IMG/VR virus record: IMGVR_UViG_3300020185_000037
Span: 1 to 64,000 of that record
Length of the DNA: 64,000 nt
Strand: one strand, 5' to 3'
Source of the DNA: an uncultured virus (IMG/VR IMGVR_UViG_3300020185_000037)
Lineage: Duplodnaviria; Heunggongvirae; Uroviricota; Caudoviricetes
Below, piece by piece: positions 31,151 to 41,650 of the stretch (the stretch's first letter is position 1; every line of letters begins with the position of its first letter). The notes beneath the pieces were generated by a model that saw nothing but the letters and a program-made list of their open reading frames with translations, was not told where the DNA came from and searched no databases. The position numbers were made by a program, and so were the translations under genes.

Positions 31151-32979
31151 TATATTGCTTTTCTGTTTGCCGCTTGTAGTTTAGTATAAACAGTTCTAGG
31201 TACAGGTTGTGAGAATGCAACCGATAAAGACGCCATTTGACCAATCTTTGGTTCATCTGCAACGATACCACCTGTTCTGTCAGACCAACCACCTCTAAAT
31301 AAAGCCATTTCTTCTTTTCCTAAAATAATATCACCATATGCATCAAGGCCTGTAACTTGTTCTCTAACATCGACAGGTATTCCATCAGCTTTATCAAATG
31401 TAACTGTTTTAGACGTGACCGTTTTCTTAAAGAACATCATACGGTTTTTACCGTTACCAATATCTTCAAGCACTGGAGTTTGTGGGGTGATGGTAGTCTG
31501 TGTAACTGTGTATGACCCATCTCTAAGAGCATCCTCTTGAGACTTTGATAGGAACTGCACGTTCACGGAATCAATACCATCAATGTTTTCTATAATTGCA
31601 ACAATATCAGACTTAGGTAATCTATCTCTTCTTGTAATCTTAAGAAGATATTCAGATATCTTTGCTCTAATATTATTCATCAATTGTACTTCGTCAAAAC
31701 CTTCAAAATGTCTAACCGAAATATTCATTGAATAAAGTCTTTGCTTTGGCTCAACAAAAGAAACTTCAGAAGTAACCATTTGCTGGCCTGAGTTTTCAAT
31801 AGCTGTTCTAAATGCATTTAATTCATCTTGAGAGAATACAAACTCTTCAGGTGAAACTGAAAAGTAATCTTCAGCTGACGATAATTTTTTAGAAACATCT
31901 GGTAATAAGAACATATAAATAACGTTATCGTCATCTAAGTATTGGTCCTCAGCTGTATTGTAAGCTTCAATGTGTGAGAACATGTTAAACTTAGACATAA
32001 AGTGTAAGTAATTATCAGGAGTTGCTAACACAAATGATTTAGATTGTAACGGTGCAATCATTCTAGTAAACTCAATACTTTCTTGATTTGCACCTAATTT
32101 AGGGGAAGACGTAACTTTAATTTCAACAAATTCATTAAGATCATATTCGTTTGATTGACCATCAAACCCTTTGTCTACAAAGCTAAACGTAACATCCTTA
32201 GATTCACCTAAGTTACCCGCTGCACCTTTATTCTTAATATAATCAACTGTGATAATAGCACCATTCCCTGGAATCACACCAAAGTTACCATTACCAAAGA
32301 ATAAATCAATACCACCAAGAATACCAGTTTTAACAACCACCCCTTTAGTGTCACCACTCATATCATATAATGAATCGTGTTTAGTCCAAGCTTCACCATT
32401 TACGGCTACTGTAATTTCATCATGTGCTGTTGTACCACCAGTTTGAATATTAAAAGTCTGAAAAGCTTCTCCAGTTCCAGTAAGCGTTTGTGACTCTAAA
32501 GTACCTTGTATAATTGGAATTTTAATATAGTTAAAATCAGAAGAGCTTAATGTTATAATGTCATTAGATGTACGTAATAAATAAGGAAGTCCATTCAAGT
32601 CTGAACGGATTTGACTATTTGCATTTATATAAAGTGCACTACCCGCAATATCATTTTGAGCACCTGCTTTCCATCTTACTTCAATTTCACCAATAGCCGA
32701 AAGACCCCTTGAAGGATCGTGACCTGTAAGTCTTGCTAAACCATAAATTGATTCAGGCTGTTGTGCGGTCATTATGTTTTGCTCAACTGTAGCATCTTCA
32801 ACATAATAGAAAATCATTTCAGTAAGTTCCGACATTACTTGAATGATTTGTGCAAATGGCGAAGCAGCTGTAAATAAATTACCAGCCCTACCATAAACTC
32901 TACTAATATATTTCTGCGCATCAATTTTGATTTGCGACGCTTTAACTCTAGCAGCTTGTAAAAATTTAAATTCAGCCAT
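31150..32979 (-). CDS. gp6: Baseplate wedge subunit (gp6-like)
   Basis: TAQQPESIYGLARLTG, FGNGNFGVIP, GAAGN, ESIE..R..AP, TPDNY. Confidence 0.85.
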   Translation of the reverse strand: MAEFKFLQAARVKASQIKIDAQKYISRVYGRAGNLFTAASPFAQIIQVMSELTEMIFYYVEDATVEQNIMTAQQPESIYGLARLTGHDPSRGLSAIGEIEVRWKAGAQNDIAGSALYINANSQIRSDLNGLPYLLRTSNDIITLSSSDFNYIKIPIIQGTLESQTLTGTGEAFQTFNIQTGGTTAHDEITVAVNGEAWTKHDSLYDMSGDTKGVVVKTGILGGIDLFFGNGNFGVIPGNGAIITVDYIKNKGAAGNLGESKDVTFSFVDKGFDGQSNEYDLNEFVEIKVTSSPKLGANQESIEFTRMIAPLQSKSFVLATPDNYLHFMSKFNMFSHIEAYNTAEDQYLDDDNVIYMFLLPDVSKKLSSAEDYFSVSPEEFVFSQDELNAFRTAIENSGQQMVTSEVSFVEPKQRLYSMNISVRHFEGFDEVQLMNNIRAKISEYLLKITRRDRLPKSDIVAIIENIDGIDSVNVQFLSKSQEDALRDGSYTVTQTTITPQTPVLEDIGNGKNRMMFFKKTVTSKTVTFDKADGIPVDVREQVTGLDAYGDIILGKEEMALFRGGWSDRTGGIVADEPKIGQMASLSVAFSQPVPRTVYTKLQAANRKAI

Positions 32980-32990
32980 TATTAGGTTCC

Positions 32991-33347
32991 TTAATTTATG
33001 TAAACACCAACTTGATATTTAGAATCAATTGTAATGTCAATTTGTGCGATGTCTCTAACTTCTCCTTTATAAAAGGCTACTGTAATTTTAACATCATATT
33101 TTTGTGCCAATGGGATGTATGCATCAAACTGGTCGTATATAATCTTTTGGATTTGCTCTTCAGTATAACCTAGTGAATACACCAAGTCTTCTAAACTAAC
33201 ACCAAAATTAGGGTCACCTAACACATCACCTCTATTTGTGAATAATGTTGTTTCAATTTGACCTATCAACTGAGCAACTTCACTCTCAGAATGTATCTGA
33301 TATGGGTCATAATTTGGGTCACCCGGTGCTTTAACGTAAAAATCCAT
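32991..33347 (-). CDS. gp25: Baseplate wedge/sheath initiator (gp25-like)
   Basis: LFTNRGDVLGDPNFGVSL; adjacent to gp6. Confidence 0.85.
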   Translation of the reverse strand: MDFYVKAPGDPNYDPYQIHSESEVAQLIGQIETTLFTNRGDVLGDPNFGVSLEDLVYSLGYTEEQIQKIIYDQFDAYIPLAQKYDVKITVAFYKGEVRDIAQIDITIDSKYQVGVYIN

Positions 33348-33367
33348 AGTAATATTATATATCTAAC

Positions 33368-34225
33368 TTATGAATGCATCATCCAATCAGTACCTTCGTC
33401 TGATTTAATTTCTTCAATAACTTTATCTAATTCATCAGTACCCATACCTTGAATAATGTCAGCATTAATCGTAACGTCACCTGGTAAGTTGTAACCAAAT
33501 ATTGCTAATTTTTGTCCTAGTGAAATCATTACCTTCGCTGCAACATATCTAAAGAATATCTCATCATTAAATAAAGCACAGTCCGGAATAGTTTCATATA
33601 TTTCTAAGAACACATCTTTTTTAGGTGTTTGTCCAGTAAATTTAATTTCATGTGTTAATTGAGAGTAGTGGAATGAAATAGGATTATCTAAAATTTGTTT
33701 AGTTAATTCTAAAGCACTTTGATTAACAACGTAATACTGTAGGTTTTCCATACCCTTAGCAACCTGTGAGCCACCCGTGGACATTTGACCGTACAACATT
33801 CTTTCCATATCAAAATCACCCTCTTGAAAAGTAATTGAAGTACCAAATCCACCAGCACCAGCTTCAAATACACCGTATACTGAGAATACTTCACCGCCCT
33901 CAGTTGACACCACGGCACCACCTGGTAAAGTAATTTTACCATCGGGTAAAGTTAAAGCTCTCCTTTTTTTAAATTGTTCAGTACTAAATACTTCATTTGG
34001 AATGTATAAGAAGTTTTCAACTACAGAGTATTCATAGTTTTTATAAAACCATTTTTTTGCTCTTTTAATAATATTGATAACCTCCGACTGCGGTAGATTC
34101 ATTGGAATCATACAAGCACCTGTAACATGTGATCCGATTTCGTTTATGAAGTCGTTCCAACAATTTACGTCATATTCCGGCGGTGTTGTTAGATCATCAA
34201 GATTACCTGTAAAAATATCACTCAT
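33368..34225 (-). CDS. gp13: Neck protein (gp13-like)
   Basis: FFRYVAAKV...LGQKL...LPGDVTINAD C-terminal signature. Confidence 0.75.
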   Translation of the reverse strand: MSDIFTGNLDDLTTPPEYDVNCWNDFINEIGSHVTGACMIPMNLPQSEVINIIKRAKKWFYKNYEYSVVENFLYIPNEVFSTEQFKKRRALTLPDGKITLPGGAVVSTEGGEVFSVYGVFEAGAGGFGTSITFQEGDFDMERMLYGQMSTGGSQVAKGMENLQYYVVNQSALELTKQILDNPISFHYSQLTHEIKFTGQTPKKDVFLEIYETIPDCALFNDEIFFRYVAAKVMISLGQKLAIFGYNLPGDVTINADIIQGMGTDELDKVIEEIKSDEGTDWMMHS

Positions 34226-34229
34226 TTTA

Positions 34230-35534
34230 TTATTTTATTTTTGTTGACTGTACAATTTCAGTACCATCAAATTCAGCAGTGCTTTCAGAATAGTTACCTT
34301 CCCTAAAAATACCACCTATCATTTTACCCTTAAATACACTATCTCTACCAAATACATATGAATCTTTTGCTTCACAGCTTTGGTGTACGTATGATGATTT
34401 AATTTTTGAATCAGTTAATTTAGTACCTTGATATAAGTTACAACCGTCAAGGTCAGACCCTTTAATTTTGCAGTTATAAAAATCACTGTACCTAATTTCA
34501 CCTGCAATTTCACAGTTAACCATTTCGTAATGTTCTAAATCATGTGCACCTTTAAATACACCATCTTTAATTTGAACCTTAGACCTATCAGTATCGTAGT
34601 TGATATGACCCTTAACTAAACCACCTTCAGAAATGAGTTTAATAACTCTATCTTTTATTTGATCCCAATACATGTCAATAGTCTCACCTCGATTGCCACC
34701 ATCCTCGCTTAGGTCAAATGTAAAGGTTATATCTTTAAACTTTTTAAAGTTCCTGTGGTCGCGATACAGGCTTATTACAGGACCTATCTCACGCATAATT
34801 CTTCTTAACTCTAATCTATTCAGCTCATTAAGTCCGGGTTCACTACAAATTTTATGTAATTGTGTAATCCAACCATCCATTAAATGCAAAATATCATTAG
34901 TACGCTTTTGGTAATCTTTACCGCCAAGGTATCTAAATTCTAAATAACCCATCTCCTGCTTTAAGAAGTTAACACCATAGTATTTGGTATTGGGATAATT
35001 AAATTGAGATTTATTAACAGTACGTTCATCAAAGTGGAACATTCCGTTTTTAGGTAAGATATACTTGATTGATTTAGCGTAAACTAAATCCTCTCTCTGT
35101 GGAAAATATTTATATACTTGATCTTCTTTAAACTCTAATACAAACTTAAGTGTATTCATATGAGTAATAAAGTATTTACCGTATGTTCCGTTTTGGAATG
35201 ATATGTTTAAGTGTAATCCACAACGATCGTTTGTTGAACCATTATCATCAATCCACTTAAGCATTTTAATAGCAATAAGCCTGGCATCCGTATATGGTAA
35301 AGGGCCTGTGACTAATTCAATTAGACCAGCACCACCTGACATATCAGGTTCCATTTTAAAGACTTTATCAGAAGGCTGAAAATCGGAATGAGCTTTTTCT
35401 TCTATTTGGATCTTACGATTTAATAGTTGCTCAACCGATTTAGCAGTCTCTTCTACAGATGTATTAGAATAGAATTCAAATTCAAACCCAATCTGTGAGT
35501 TTAATAATACATCTTTATTTTGTTGATTTAACAT
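34230..35534 (-). CDS. Putative amidoligase (COOH-NH2 ligase) with C-terminal beta-helix-like repeats
   Basis: IGFEFEF, IELVTGP, TNDRCGLHLNIS, KYYGVN, YLEFR. Confidence 0.8.
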   Translation of the reverse strand: MLNQQNKDVLLNSQIGFEFEFYSNTSVEETAKSVEQLLNRKIQIEEKAHSDFQPSDKVFKMEPDMSGGAGLIELVTGPLPYTDARLIAIKMLKWIDDNGSTNDRCGLHLNISFQNGTYGKYFITHMNTLKFVLEFKEDQVYKYFPQREDLVYAKSIKYILPKNGMFHFDERTVNKSQFNYPNTKYYGVNFLKQEMGYLEFRYLGGKDYQKRTNDILHLMDGWITQLHKICSEPGLNELNRLELRRIMREIGPVISLYRDHRNFKKFKDITFTFDLSEDGGNRGETIDMYWDQIKDRVIKLISEGGLVKGHINYDTDRSKVQIKDGVFKGAHDLEHYEMVNCEIAGEIRYSDFYNCKIKGSDLDGCNLYQGTKLTDSKIKSSYVHQSCEAKDSYVFGRDSVFKGKMIGGIFREGNYSESTAEFDGTEIVQSTKIK

Positions 35535-35592
35535 CGGAGGATTATATCTTGTTTCAATATATATCCACCATATATTTTAGGTTGGTTGGAAC

Positions 35593-36921
35593 CTAAGCTC
35601 CAACCACCTTTAAAAATACTTTCTTAGTGTCGTTATCGATTTTTGTAATCTCAACAGCAACATCATCACCCTTTGAAAAACGTTCAGTTAATGAAATACC
35701 TTTTTCAAATCCAGACACATGTGCCATACCAGTCACACTACCATGTAGTCCAACAAACACACCATAATCTTTTACAGAACGGATTTTACCCTCGACCAGA
35801 CTAGGAATTTGTAAGTCTTTAGTAAACTCTTCCCATGATAAATCTTCTTTAACTTCTTGTTTTTCAACTTGAGTTAATATAATCTTTTTATTAGAAACAA
35901 CCTCTTTAACTTTAAAGTCAATTGCATCACCTGGGTTAATATCCCCACCTTTATGCTTAGCAGTCCATTCTGGACTTAGGTCATTAACGTGAATCATACC
36001 TGTTAGACAACCTTCAAATTCACAGAATACACCGAACTTAGCAGAACCTGTTACAAACCCATTATGTACCACATCAAAGTCTTCTTCTATTTTTGCAATA
36101 CTCGTTGGAATCATAGCTTGTAAATAAGCCCTGTGAGACACCACAATAGTTCCACGATTTGCAGAGAATGAATCTGGTACAACATACATATCATTACCAA
36201 TAATTGATTCAAAATCAGCTAGTTTATTAATACCAGCAAGTGAACCCGGCATAAAGCATTCAATACCTTGAACCTTAACGATATAACCACCACCTGGAAT
36301 CATAGATTTAACAGTACCCATAAATGCAGTATCACCATCTTCAGCAGCCTGTCTAAGCTCATTAAAGATTGCTTGTCTAGCACCTTCAGTTATAGAAGCC
36401 GTTGCATATTCACGCGCCGCTGTTTTATCACTAAGTACTTTTACAGTGACTGAATCACCAGGTCTGTAATCTTTAATGATATCAGCATCCTCTTTATCAA
36501 GGTCAATGTAAAGCATCTCACGGTAGTTAACATTAACAGTCGCCCATTTAGTAGACATTGAATGTAACGTACCCTCAAGATAAGAGTCTACTACCAGTGA
36601 TGTAATCATATCAATTTCAAATGAAGTTGATTCGATCATGTTGTAATAATTTTGCGCTTCAACATCTTGTGAATAAACAATATGTTTGTGACTTGCAGTT
36701 TTAACCTTGTAATTAGGTCTTAACTTGTGACTGAATGCATGCTCGTAACCGTCCCAATCGAATTCTCCGTTTGGTAGAACATAGTCGTCATGCATAAAAC
36801 CACCATGTACATCTTCGTTAACTGTTACTTCTTCTTGTACATTTTCTACAGATTGTACGTCTTCTGTTTGAGCGATGGTTACCTTTTTAGCACCAATTCG
36901 TTCTCTTTTTTTGTTTTCCAT
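35593..36921 (-). CDS. rpsA: Ribosomal protein S1 homologue (about four S1 domains)
   Basis: GGYIV..CFMPGS, KFGVFCE..GMIHVND, DYGVFV..GMAHVS; N-terminal EFDWDGYE resembles Bacteroidota S1. Confidence 0.85.
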   Translation of the reverse strand: MENKKRERIGAKKVTIAQTEDVQSVENVQEEVTVNEDVHGGFMHDDYVLPNGEFDWDGYEHAFSHKLRPNYKVKTASHKHIVYSQDVEAQNYYNMIESTSFEIDMITSLVVDSYLEGTLHSMSTKWATVNVNYREMLYIDLDKEDADIIKDYRPGDSVTVKVLSDKTAAREYATASITEGARQAIFNELRQAAEDGDTAFMGTVKSMIPGGGYIVKVQGIECFMPGSLAGINKLADFESIIGNDMYVVPDSFSANRGTIVVSHRAYLQAMIPTSIAKIEEDFDVVHNGFVTGSAKFGVFCEFEGCLTGMIHVNDLSPEWTAKHKGGDINPGDAIDFKVKEVVSNKKIILTQVEKQEVKEDLSWEEFTKDLQIPSLVEGKIRSVKDYGVFVGLHGSVTGMAHVSGFEKGISLTERFSKGDDVAVEITKIDNDTKKVFLKVVGA

Positions 36922-37106
36922 TTTTATTTAGTTAGAAAGTGAATAATATACATTATATAACCCATTTTTTTTGGGCCTTTTTTTAACTAAATTTATTTAG
37001 GATTATCACCTTCCTTAGGCGTTTTAACAGCACTCCCATCATTAGCAGCGCCAACACCACCCTTGTTATTACTACTATGAGCACGGCCTTTACCAGTATT
37101 ACCTAG

Positions 37107-38315
37107 TTAACCGCCCCCAGTATTTTCACTATCATTACTATCCGACACTAAAATTATTGTACCGTTTTCGCCCTCTTCAAATTCACGGGCTGTTTGAGCC
37201 CATTCTTTATAACCATTCATATAATTACTAAAACTAATAATTAAGTCATGCCATGCAATATCACTATTTTGACCATTAATAGATTCAATATCTTCTGATT
37301 TTCTCTTTAATTGTAACTGCTGCACCACATTTAATGGGAAATCTGTAAATGCAATATCATATCGTTTAGATGCAATTTCCATTACAGCACTACCAGGCTT
37401 TTCAGTACCACCAGCCGGCCATGGTATTATAAACATTTTTTGGTCCGCATAGTATTTTGCACTAAATACAGCTTGTTGTTTCTTTTTAAGTTTAGCTTCA
37501 GATTTTGCAATAGCCTTGTTGTTACTTTCAACAACAGCTGAAGAACCTTTAACTGTGTTTACTAATGACTTCACCGCAGTAATTTGTTTACCAAGCTCTG
37601 TTGACATGTCTATGTTTTTAGTCCAATCAAGTTTATTTTTAAGCTCAGCTGGGTTTAACCCGGCACCTATTTCTTTTATTTTTGATCCGGTAGCTTTAGC
37701 TGCTGCCTTCTTAGCATCAATACTTTTTTTGAAATCCACAACACTACCAGTCATAGTTTCTACTAAATCTAAAATACCAATTTGCTTAAATACATCAATA
37801 AGCTTAATACCTAATAATGCTACAACATCTAATTGTCTTTTAATTTCAGTAATAGCTATAAATAATTTTAATATTATACTTAATGGGTTAGGTGCACCAA
37901 GTCCAATTGTAGTTGGCATTAGTGCTTCAGTTACTTTTTTAATAACATCAGTTGCAACTTCTTTAATTGTTTTTAATAATTTTTTAAAAGCTTCAATTAA
38001 TGTTTTATGTAGACCTTCTAAAAATTGACGACCTTCATTCATATAGTAATCAATAGTCTTTTTCTTTTCAGCGGCAATTAACTCTTTAATTTCAGCCTCT
38101 TTTTCTGACCATGCGTCACCATACTTCTCCTTATACTTATCAGTTAATTCAACCATTATTGATTTAAAACCAACAACTTCATTAGTATAAATCTCAACAA
38201 TAGTTTCATAATCTGGTATTGAAGGTATTAATATCCCTAAATTAACAAATGACTCAAGGCTTTCCTTGATACCATCTAACTCTTTTTCTATTCCAAACTT
38301 TTCCAACTTTTCCAT
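37107..38315 (-). CDS. Hypothetical helical protein downstream of gp5 (possible 37-aa in-frame extension to 36993)
   Basis: 402-aa ORF; frame stays open after its TAA. Confidence 0.6.
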   Translation of the reverse strand: MEKLEKFGIEKELDGIKESLESFVNLGILIPSIPDYETIVEIYTNEVVGFKSIMVELTDKYKEKYGDAWSEKEAEIKELIAAEKKKTIDYYMNEGRQFLEGLHKTLIEAFKKLLKTIKEVATDVIKKVTEALMPTTIGLGAPNPLSIILKLFIAITEIKRQLDVVALLGIKLIDVFKQIGILDLVETMTGSVVDFKKSIDAKKAAAKATGSKIKEIGAGLNPAELKNKLDWTKNIDMSTELGKQITAVKSLVNTVKGSSAVVESNNKAIAKSEAKLKKKQQAVFSAKYYADQKMFIIPWPAGGTEKPGSAVMEIASKRYDIAFTDFPLNVVQQLQLKRKSEDIESINGQNSDIAWHDLIISFSNYMNGYKEWAQTAREFEEGENGTIILVSDSNDSENTGGG

Positions 38316-38324
38316 AATAAATTA

Positions 38325-38993
38325 TTAAGACTCTTGTTTAATTGAATCAATTGTTTGTTGCATAAGCGACAGGTCAATTACATTTAATGCATTTACGGGC
38401 CCTGCATTGACGTGTGTATGTTCTTTAATAACATTAAGCATATCACGTAACAAGTCTGTAAGTGTTTGGCCCTTTACCGCAGGTTCTGATTCATCTCCAA
38501 ATGAACTAGCAATAAAAATATCATTAGCATATAAATAAATTTTACCATCATTACTAACCCTAATTGCAGGGTCAGCTTCAACACCATTACCCGTTGATAT
38601 AATTAAACCATCTTCTTGTGTATGGTAAATCTTAACACCTTTAGTAGTATCATAAACTAATGAAGTCGTTAACTCTGGTGTACCCGTAACATCTAGCACG
38701 TCAGCTTTAAAGGCACTATCAATTCTTGGTGAGTTTTTATAAACAGGAGTATATACGTCGCCATTATCAAAATAGATTGCTACAACGTCACCAACATTTG
38801 GTACTGACATTGAACCAGTGATTTGATTATTGGCAGGGGTAGCCCACGGTATATCTTCAGTTTCAAGTAAATCAAATTTGCCATAAACTTTAATTCTACA
38901 TCTACCTTTACCATTTGGGTCTTGTACATCTACAACTTCACCTAACCAATGGGAATCCCTTAAATTATCTTTAAAAAGTTCCTTATGTTCCAT
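38325..38993 (-). CDS. gp5: Baseplate central spike (gp5 OB-fold, no lysozyme domain)
   Basis: GEVVDVQDP..GRCRIKV, IPWA, P..GDVV..F..GD..PVY; C-terminal HTH metal-binding tip. Confidence 0.85.
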   Translation of the reverse strand: MEHKELFKDNLRDSHWLGEVVDVQDPNGKGRCRIKVYGKFDLLETEDIPWATPANNQITGSMSVPNVGDVVAIYFDNGDVYTPVYKNSPRIDSAFKADVLDVTGTPELTTSLVYDTTKGVKIYHTQEDGLIISTGNGVEADPAIRVSNDGKIYLYANDIFIASSFGDESEPAVKGQTLTDLLRDMLNVIKEHTHVNAGPVNALNVIDLSLMQQTIDSIKQES

Positions 38994-40150
38994 TATTTAT
39001 TAATGTTGCCTAAATTATTTTTATTTTTAAATAAACTAATTTGTTGAATATCTGGAAATATAGAATTGATCGAACCCTGTTTCAAAGCGGCACCTAAAGT
39101 TGAACCTGGTTCAATACCAAATATATTTGCTTTAGCACTTTTAATTAAACTTTGTACTTCATTTTCTGCAGCATTTAAACCGTCCTTAAATAAATTATTA
39201 GGTATTCTGCTAATACCACCTGCAATATCATCTAATTCACCAACGGCCCTTTGAAAAGCTTGATCAAATATTGAACCATATACATTATTTGGCCTTGTCA
39301 GTTCATTAATAGGATTAAAATTTGTAATACCATCGCTTACAGTTTGTAAAGCATCATCAAGTGCACTTAAACCCCTTTCGCTAAATGTTGGCTTTTTATC
39401 TTCAGTACCAACACCTGGACTACCATCTAGTGTTATGTCAGATATACCATTTAAATAAGTAGCATTAAACTTTATAATATCTTCGTATTTTATTCTGATT
39501 TTAGGTTGTGGGCTTGATGGCTCTGCTGAACTTAATGATGAGAAAGTTTCTTTACCAGACGTAATATCAAATTTACAAGATTTATATTTAAACATAAACA
39601 TTGGTTTTGAATCAGCTGTGATTTCATCGTTTATATTAACTTCTTTACCACTCTTATTATTTTTAACTGTTTGTATATTTCTAACTTCAGAAACAATAAC
39701 ATACATATTGAATCTTTTATAATTTTCTGGAAGAACTTGTGTCCAACCGTCTAGGTTATAAACAGCTTCTCTATACAAATCCATCAAACCTGTAATTGCA
39801 AGATTAATAGATTCATTACATTCTATTTCTAGTTTTTTATCGTCACCACCCCAATATGGTTCTAACATATCAATATCAAAAGCAGTATCTATGCCACTAA
39901 TTGATTTAAAATACCATGGCATTTCTTTATTAATTAATGTTAGTGTACTAATAAACTTTTCTAGTTGAGTAGCTTTAGTTTCTTCCTTATATTGTTCACG
40001 TAGGGATTTAACTGCAACGTCTTTATTAAATAAAGGGCTTAGCATATCAAACTTTAAAGTAAACGTTAAAAACGTAGGGTCTTGATATGGGTTTTTAGCG
40101 GATGTTCTCAACATCCCTTTAGTAAAATTATATCTAGTATTATCTGCCAT
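38993..40150 (-). CDS. Tail-tube-fold baseplate protein (gp54-like)
   Basis: Context among hub genes; tube-like beta pattern. Confidence 0.45.
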   Translation of the reverse strand: MADNTRYNFTKGMLRTSAKNPYQDPTFLTFTLKFDMLSPLFNKDVAVKSLREQYKEETKATQLEKFISTLTLINKEMPWYFKSISGIDTAFDIDMLEPYWGGDDKKLEIECNESINLAITGLMDLYREAVYNLDGWTQVLPENYKRFNMYVIVSEVRNIQTVKNNKSGKEVNINDEITADSKPMFMFKYKSCKFDITSGKETFSSLSSAEPSSPQPKIRIKYEDIIKFNATYLNGISDITLDGSPGVGTEDKKPTFSERGLSALDDALQTVSDGITNFNPINELTRPNNVYGSIFDQAFQRAVGELDDIAGGISRIPNNLFKDGLNAAENEVQSLIKSAKANIFGIEPGSTLGAALKQGSINSIFPDIQQISLFKNKNNLGNINK

Positions 40151-40160
40151 TATTTATATA

Positions 40161-41648
40161 TCAAATATTGTTTAATCTCGCCGGCCATTCCCTACGCCCT
40201 AATTTAAGAGTCTGTGAATAACCTAATTCAGCGTCATACAAATATTTTATACCAAGTATAATATAATGTGCTGATAAGAATTCATCTAGTGTAAATGATG
40301 ATATATCATTTTCATTAACGTCATTTTCATTTTTAGTATCATCGGCTTTAACATCAAAATCACCTTCTCGCTTTTCTTTGTTAATACTTTCAGTAACATC
40401 ACCGTTCACTTCGCCATAATTAAAAATATTTACAGGAACTTTCATATAGCGATATAAAGCCGGATTCATACCCTCAAGATGAACTTCTAAATACATCTTG
40501 TCTAACTCTATTAAATTTTGAATGTTATTAATTGCAGCAAATTTATAATTATCATGAACACTATCGCTTTGAATACCAACATATTTTTGTTTTATATGAG
40601 TATTGTATTCGTCAACTTCAGAATTTCTACGACCCTTCAAAGCTTCTTCATGATCTTTAATATTATCACCAACTAATGATTCAACATCAAATTCAATAAG
40701 GTCTTTGCCAACACTCCCGTCATAATCAAAATATTGCATCTTTCTTTTATAACCATTCTCTAAAGCTATTTTAGTAGAATTATTAATAAGATTATATCTT
40801 TCAATACTAGTGTTACCGCCACTAGCCAAATGATGATTCGTAAGTATTAATTGTGATTCAACTTCACCTGCACCAGTTGTAGGGTCTGTCCCTCTTTCGT
40901 GAAACATTTTATTAGTAATGTATTGGTGTATTTCAATATCTTCAGGTGCATTCATTATTTTTTGAATGTCAACAAAATTAATGTAATAATACGGGTCAAT
41001 CGAATATGTTTGAAATGAGTTATCATCTAAATACGAATGTAATACAGTATTCGAAAGCATTTCAAGTTTAGTTTGGTAAGCACAAAATCTACGCATTGTA
41101 TCTTTAGTTTCGCTTATATTTGTTGCAAGTCCTAATTTTAAATCAGTTGCAACCGCTTTTATATGATCAATTGAAGAACCCTCACCATATGATTTACATT
41201 CATCGGTATACATACCAGGTATTTTAGCAATACCCCTAACATTATAAATTTGACCACCTTCTACTTTTTCAGTTGATGATGTTGGTAGCCCCCTGAATTC
41301 TAAAATAGTAAAGTCCATTCTGATATCTTTATATGTACCAGCTTCGTCCAGTTGTATTCTAATATTTAATAAATCGCCATCTCTTGGAAACCTATCAACT
41401 GTAAAAAAGTTCTGGCTATCAGAAAGCATTGCACTTACTTCTGGATATTTACTATTTAAGTCTAATGTAAATTTTAATATGTCTTTTGGCGCAAATGGAT
41501 AATCATTAACTTTTATGTATGGTTCGGGACCACCACTCATGTCAGAAAAGCCATCACCTGTATGTCTTTCACCAGCACCTGGTAATTTCATCTCGTCTAG
41601 TTTAATGCTAGGTTCGAGTATTGTATATACATGACTATTTAATGCCAT
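40161..41648 (-). CDS. Baseplate hub protein (gp27/gpD-like)
   Basis: Position between gp53-like and gp5 genes; C-terminal HYIILGIKY..Y.QTLKL.R pattern. Confidence 0.55.
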   Translation of the reverse strand: MALNSHVYTILEPSIKLDEMKLPGAGERHTGDGFSDMSGGPEPYIKVNDYPFAPKDILKFTLDLNSKYPEVSAMLSDSQNFFTVDRFPRDGDLLNIRIQLDEAGTYKDIRMDFTILEFRGLPTSSTEKVEGGQIYNVRGIAKIPGMYTDECKSYGEGSSIDHIKAVATDLKLGLATNISETKDTMRRFCAYQTKLEMLSNTVLHSYLDDNSFQTYSIDPYYYINFVDIQKIMNAPEDIEIHQYITNKMFHERGTDPTTGAGEVESQLILTNHHLASGGNTSIERYNLINNSTKIALENGYKRKMQYFDYDGSVGKDLIEFDVESLVGDNIKDHEEALKGRRNSEVDEYNTHIKQKYVGIQSDSVHDNYKFAAINNIQNLIELDKMYLEVHLEGMNPALYRYMKVPVNIFNYGEVNGDVTESINKEKREGDFDVKADDTKNENDVNENDISSFTLDEFLSAHYIILGIKYLYDAELGYSQTLKLGRREWPARLNNI

Positions 41649-41650
41649 AA

